From the NCBI RefSeq assembly GCF_009914755.1, contig NC_060925.1: a stretch of DNA of 64,000 nt; one strand, written 5' to 3'. Origin of the DNA: the human T2T-CHM13v2.0 reference genome, Homo sapiens. Shown one piece after another: positions 59,560-64,000 of this stretch. Under the pieces are notes generated by a model. That model searched no databases. It saw nothing but the letters and a program-made list of their open reading frames with translations, and had not been told where the DNA came from. Both the position numbers and the translations under genes were made by a program. How positions within the stretch are numbered: the first letter of the stretch is position 1; every line of letters begins with the position of its first letter.

Positions 59560-59611
59560 TAGGAACTTTTCTAATCTGTCCTTCAGATTGAAAAAATGTT
59601 TTGTTTATTCA

Positions 59612-59824
<213 letters not shown>

Positions 59825-61135
59825 TTACAGATAAGAGGAGCTGCAGGATAGAAATGCAGGGAATGATCTCAGAAGTTCCACTCATGGTGCAAGACTGCTG
59901 CTGCACTCTACAAAACAAAGAAGTGAGCAGAAACCTCTTCCCTTTCTCCTCTTCTGGTTCCATCAGCCTCTTCCATTTCTCCCTGCCTCCCTTCTCTCAA
60001 GTATCCAGTTCTCCCCCTGTCGCCCCCAGCTCTTCCTTTTAATTAATTCAATAACTTCTTATGTGCAGAATACTGTGCCAGATACTAAAGAGGATTTCAA
60101 GATATGGCTGGAATGAATTTTCAACATTTAAATCTAGATGGAGCAACCAAGAACCCACAGAAATTGTTATAATTTTTTAGTTAATGAGATAATCATACTT
60201 CCCAGGCTATTTGCACTTTTATAAATGTAAGGGTGTGCCTCATGGAAAGATCTCTGTTGAAGAGCTTCAGGAAGTGTGGTGGCAACTCCATAGGGGCAGG
60301 AGTATCCCCAGGACAGAGAACATAGAAGATCCACCCATGGAATGACTGCGTGGGCTCAGTCAGGTTGCCTCAAAAGTCATATCTGATTATTGGATGATTG
60401 CTTCACTGCTCACAAGTCTCACTCAGGACTGAGTCCTTGGTATTCTTTTTGTTGCATTAAGAGTCAAGAGGATTCTTCCAGGCTTAGGTAGGTCAAAAGG
60501 GCCTGTTAGAGGAAAAGATTGTGCTTGTCATAGGATCATCTTCCTAGTCTTACTTGCCCATGCTCTAAGTCTTTGCTTTATTACTGTGCTTCTCTTCCAT
60601 CAGGTTATAATTTATCACAAGTGGATGTTATTACAACAGTTTAGTTTTCAGCTCAACCCAAGTGTCATAAAATTTACTTTTGAGAACCAAGATCTGCTGT
60701 GGATCTTGCCCTATTCTCTAATTGAAAGTATTTTTTTCACTTGCCTATGTCCTTTATCACAAAGAAACAACCTGCACAATATTTTCATGTCAAAATTGGA
60801 ATTGTATCCATAATCTGCATGTTCAAAGAGTTCTTCAAATGCAGCCCTTAGACTACACTTGGCTTGATCTATCTGAGACATGCATGATACCACGAGACAA
60901 ACATGACACCCTGAAGGAGCACTCACTTCCAAAAGTTGTAAGATCATAGACCTCAACGTAAAACCACAACAAACATACAACAGCAAAATAAGACATTCTG
61001 GGGCAATCTAGTTATTGGAAGTTGCTAAAATAGCTCTGCCTAGACTTAAAGGAGGGCAGTTTGGATGGGCATACCATTTGGGTTGGTGTACCAAATATCT
61101 GCTTTAGAGATACTAGCTGCTCATGACCCAAGGAT

Positions 61136-61299
61136 TTTTTTTTCTTTTGAGAGACAAGGTCTTGCTCTGTCACTCAGGCTGGCATGCAGTGGCATGATCA
61201 TGGCTCACTGTAGCCTTGGACTCCTGGATTCAAGCGATCCTTCTGCCTCAGCCTCCCTGGTAGCTGAGACTACAGGTGCATGCATCCATGCCTGGCTAA
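61136..61299 (-). mobile_element. Alu right-arm monomer (FRAM or AluJ fragment)
   Basis: Single arm with T tail. Confidence 0.8.
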
Positions 61300-62017
61300 A
61301 GAAATGAGTTTTTGATTGAAGTTGCTGGTCTCTTTTATCTTGGGGATAGGAGGCTCTTGAAATACATTTTATTGTCCTCAATGGGAAAAAGGCTAATTTC
61401 TTTAATATGAATTTCTTGGTTCAAGAAGGTGGGATAGAGGCTTCTTTTGGTGTATTGGACCTCACTTCTGGCCAACACTTGTTGATATTTTAATGGTCAC
61501 AGGTAATTTAATAGATAGGGCAAAACTGAATGGCTGTGTTATCTGTTGTCATAAGCCTGGAAGGAGACTAGGGAGGATCAGAATATCCTGCGCTGTCTTT
61601 AGAAGAATAATTTTTGTGTTTGTGAAGGAATATTTCTTGGCCCATTGCCTTAGAGATGCTGTTTCTGAGCTTCCGAGAACATCTACGAAAGCAGTAAGGA
61701 ATTCTAAAGTATATTTCCCTCATTTGGGAAATACCATTCTCCAGTGAAATTAAGCAACTGTAGAAAATCCAGGTGTTCTCCTAATGAGGCAAGCTGGATG
61801 TTTTCCCACGTGCTGTGGGAATGATGGCTTAACTAGGAGGTTTGGTCTAGGGTATGGGAATAGAACACTTTGGCTGTGCCTGCTAGTGAGTTCTGCAGCG
61901 AATCTTTGCATGTTCTGCCTGGTGTACTTGCTGAGGGGCCAGAGACGGAGGAGCAGTGGTGCTAGCAAAGGAGCCTTCTCTTCAGCCCCATTGCGTGGGC
62001 TTGTTTTCAAGAGGGAG

Positions 62018-62274
62018 GCCATGGGATTTGGACTACCTTTCCTCACTTTCCCATATTGCAAGCCAGTCTCTCCCTTGCACCTCCCTTCCTCTGGTCATTA
62101 TGTAGGAGCTGATGGAGGATGCAGAAGACATCTGGATCTGACTAGGGGGCCTGTCAGAGACATGAGCTACACGGTGCCCCTGCAGGCAGCCCAGGATGCA
62201 CACGGAGCCACATCACCTTCACTGCTTTGGTCCCGGGTGAGGGAGTTATGGCCACTTTGGTGCCTTCTTTCTCC
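62018..62274 (+). pseudogene. Inverted, degenerate duplicate of the TNR exon at 54457-54589 with both intronic flanks (pseudoexon 62106-62236)
   Basis: Hand alignment to reverse complement of 54421-54678 gives ~80% identity; keeps AG (62104-62105) and GTGAG (62237-62241); reads ELMEDAEDIWI* (CGA>TGA at 62139-62141), then a frameshifted YTVPLQAAQD. Confidence 0.93.
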
Positions 62275-62733
62275 CTGGAGCACAAAGCAAGAGCAAAGGC
62301 AGCTTCTTGGTGGTTTCTGGCTATATCTGATGATGAATTTCATGACCCCATTCCATTACTGGAATAACAACCCTTTTCTTCTCGAGGTGAAATTTTCTCA
62401 TCTGAGTCTTTTACAAAATCAGATGAATGATTCAGATATCTGTTTTAGAATTCACTTCCATTATATGTCTGAAAGGGCACTGTTTATGTTGGAAGTTCCA
62501 TGAAAATTCCTAACCTAAACCAGCAAGACTTCTAGAGGGTGACTCTCTAAACGTTTAGTATTAGGGAGGAATATTGGGGGAGAGAAATTGCAAATTGCCC
62601 TGCAAGACACAGTGAGTTGGAGGAGCACCCCGAAATGGAGCCTTAGCCTCCAGAACCTTTCTACAAGCCCGAACAACTTCACCCAGATCTTCAGCCAGGG
62701 TTCTGACTTGACACAGCAGGGAGACATTCCCAC

Positions 62734-62880
62734 CTGTGTGCACAAGAGTACAGATGCGCTCGCTTTCCTCCCTGCCCCGCACGCTGTTGAGGCTGATTTC
62801 GTATTCGGTAGCTGGGTTCAGTCTGGTGATGGTGAATTCTGTCACAGTGTTGGGCACCACTGAGCTGTCTAGTCGTCCCA
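62734..62880 (-). CDS. TNR: TNR exon (~14), second half of FNIII repeat: [49 protein letters not shown]
   Basis: 147 nt, AG/GT flanks, frame continuous with neighbours, FNIII L-x-P-x-T-x-Y motif. Confidence 0.96.
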
Positions 62881-63764
62881 CTGGAGAAGAGAAGAATCTA
62901 CAGTTAAAATTCAGCAGCCCTTTCATCCAAGCAGCCCATGGTACAGTCTATGTCAATAAAGCACAGATGGGTGTGGGACTCCGCACTCAGTGGGGAGGGA
63001 TGATACATGGTTCATGGGCTGGGAATGTTGGAGTGTGAAGAGGCTTTGCACACTGGTCTCACTCCTTCATTTTATGGGCTCCTTGGAGCAAAGAAAAATG
63101 ACCTACCTATTAAGTGGTTTTCTAACAAGCTGGTCTTCTCTAAGACAATGACATTAAGGCAGTGTAGAGGGCACCGATGCAAGGAGCAGTCCCCACAGTC
63201 CAGAGACAGTGTAGTCTGGAATGCTGTCCTGTGTCCTCACTGGAAGTGAGTGTGCCCTCCACTTCCTTAAAAATGCCACATGTACCAGCAAGAACTGGCA
63301 GGATGCAGGTGAGGTCTGGGCCAGTTTCCTCTGACTCATAACTTGTCTGGAGTGGCTGAAATGGGACCACATCACTGTGCTTCCCTCCAAGGCTCCATCT
63401 GGCTTTGCTGGGTCTTTAGCCATCCCTCTGGATCCTAGTCTTGAACTTCATTCTTGTAGGAATATTCATGTGACCCAAGCTCTTGGCAGATTCTTTTGGG
63501 GCTCTTTTTTTCTCAAGACACTGCCTAGATAATGGTGATCAGTTACCTCTGCTAGTGAAGGGCCTGCTCTCTGGGTGAATGTAATCAAGCCTTTCTCAAG
63601 AGGCATTGGTGAGTGTGGGGTTTCTTGGCTGCTCACCAGCCCACTCTCATTCTGATGCAGCATGCCACAGAGAAGAGGAAAAACGCAGGCAGGAGTGGAT
63701 GTTCTGCGGGATATGCTAGTTCTCCCATAATCTTCACCCAAATCCTAGTATCTTTGAGAAATCA

Positions 63765-63998
<234 letters not shown>

Positions 63999-64000
63999 AA

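Noticed and set aside
62106-62236. Possible functional alternative TNR exon or exon of a second tenascin gene
   Set aside because: Wrong strand for TNR, has an in-frame TGA and frameshifts, and no companion exons were found on the + strand.

Overview
Primate (very probably human) genomic DNA with the 3' part of TNR (tenascin-R) on the minus strand. Eleven coding exons (63898 down to the stop at 23418-23420) join in frame with canonical GT-AG boundaries. They encode three fibronectin type III repeats and the C-terminal fibrinogen-like globe, ending ...RKRQSLQF*. An inferred ~8.2 kb 3' UTR ends near an AATAAA at 15266-15271. The rest is intronic or intergenic and rich in Alu, L1, L2, L3, MIR, LTR and hAT relics and microsatellites. 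The most striking unexplained structure is a ~255 bp, ~80% identical inverted copy (62018-62274) of a whole TNR exon with both splice-site flanks (original 54421-54678), lying inside an upstream TNR intron. The pre-mRNA therefore carries a built-in antisense partner for one of its own exons, a candidate cis RNA-duplex system for splicing, back-splicing or ADAR editing. Two short local duplications, inverted Alu pairs, a strong CTCF motif and a cryptic Alu acceptor in the 3' UTR are also noted. Identities are hand-counted and repeat subfamily names are from visual recognition.
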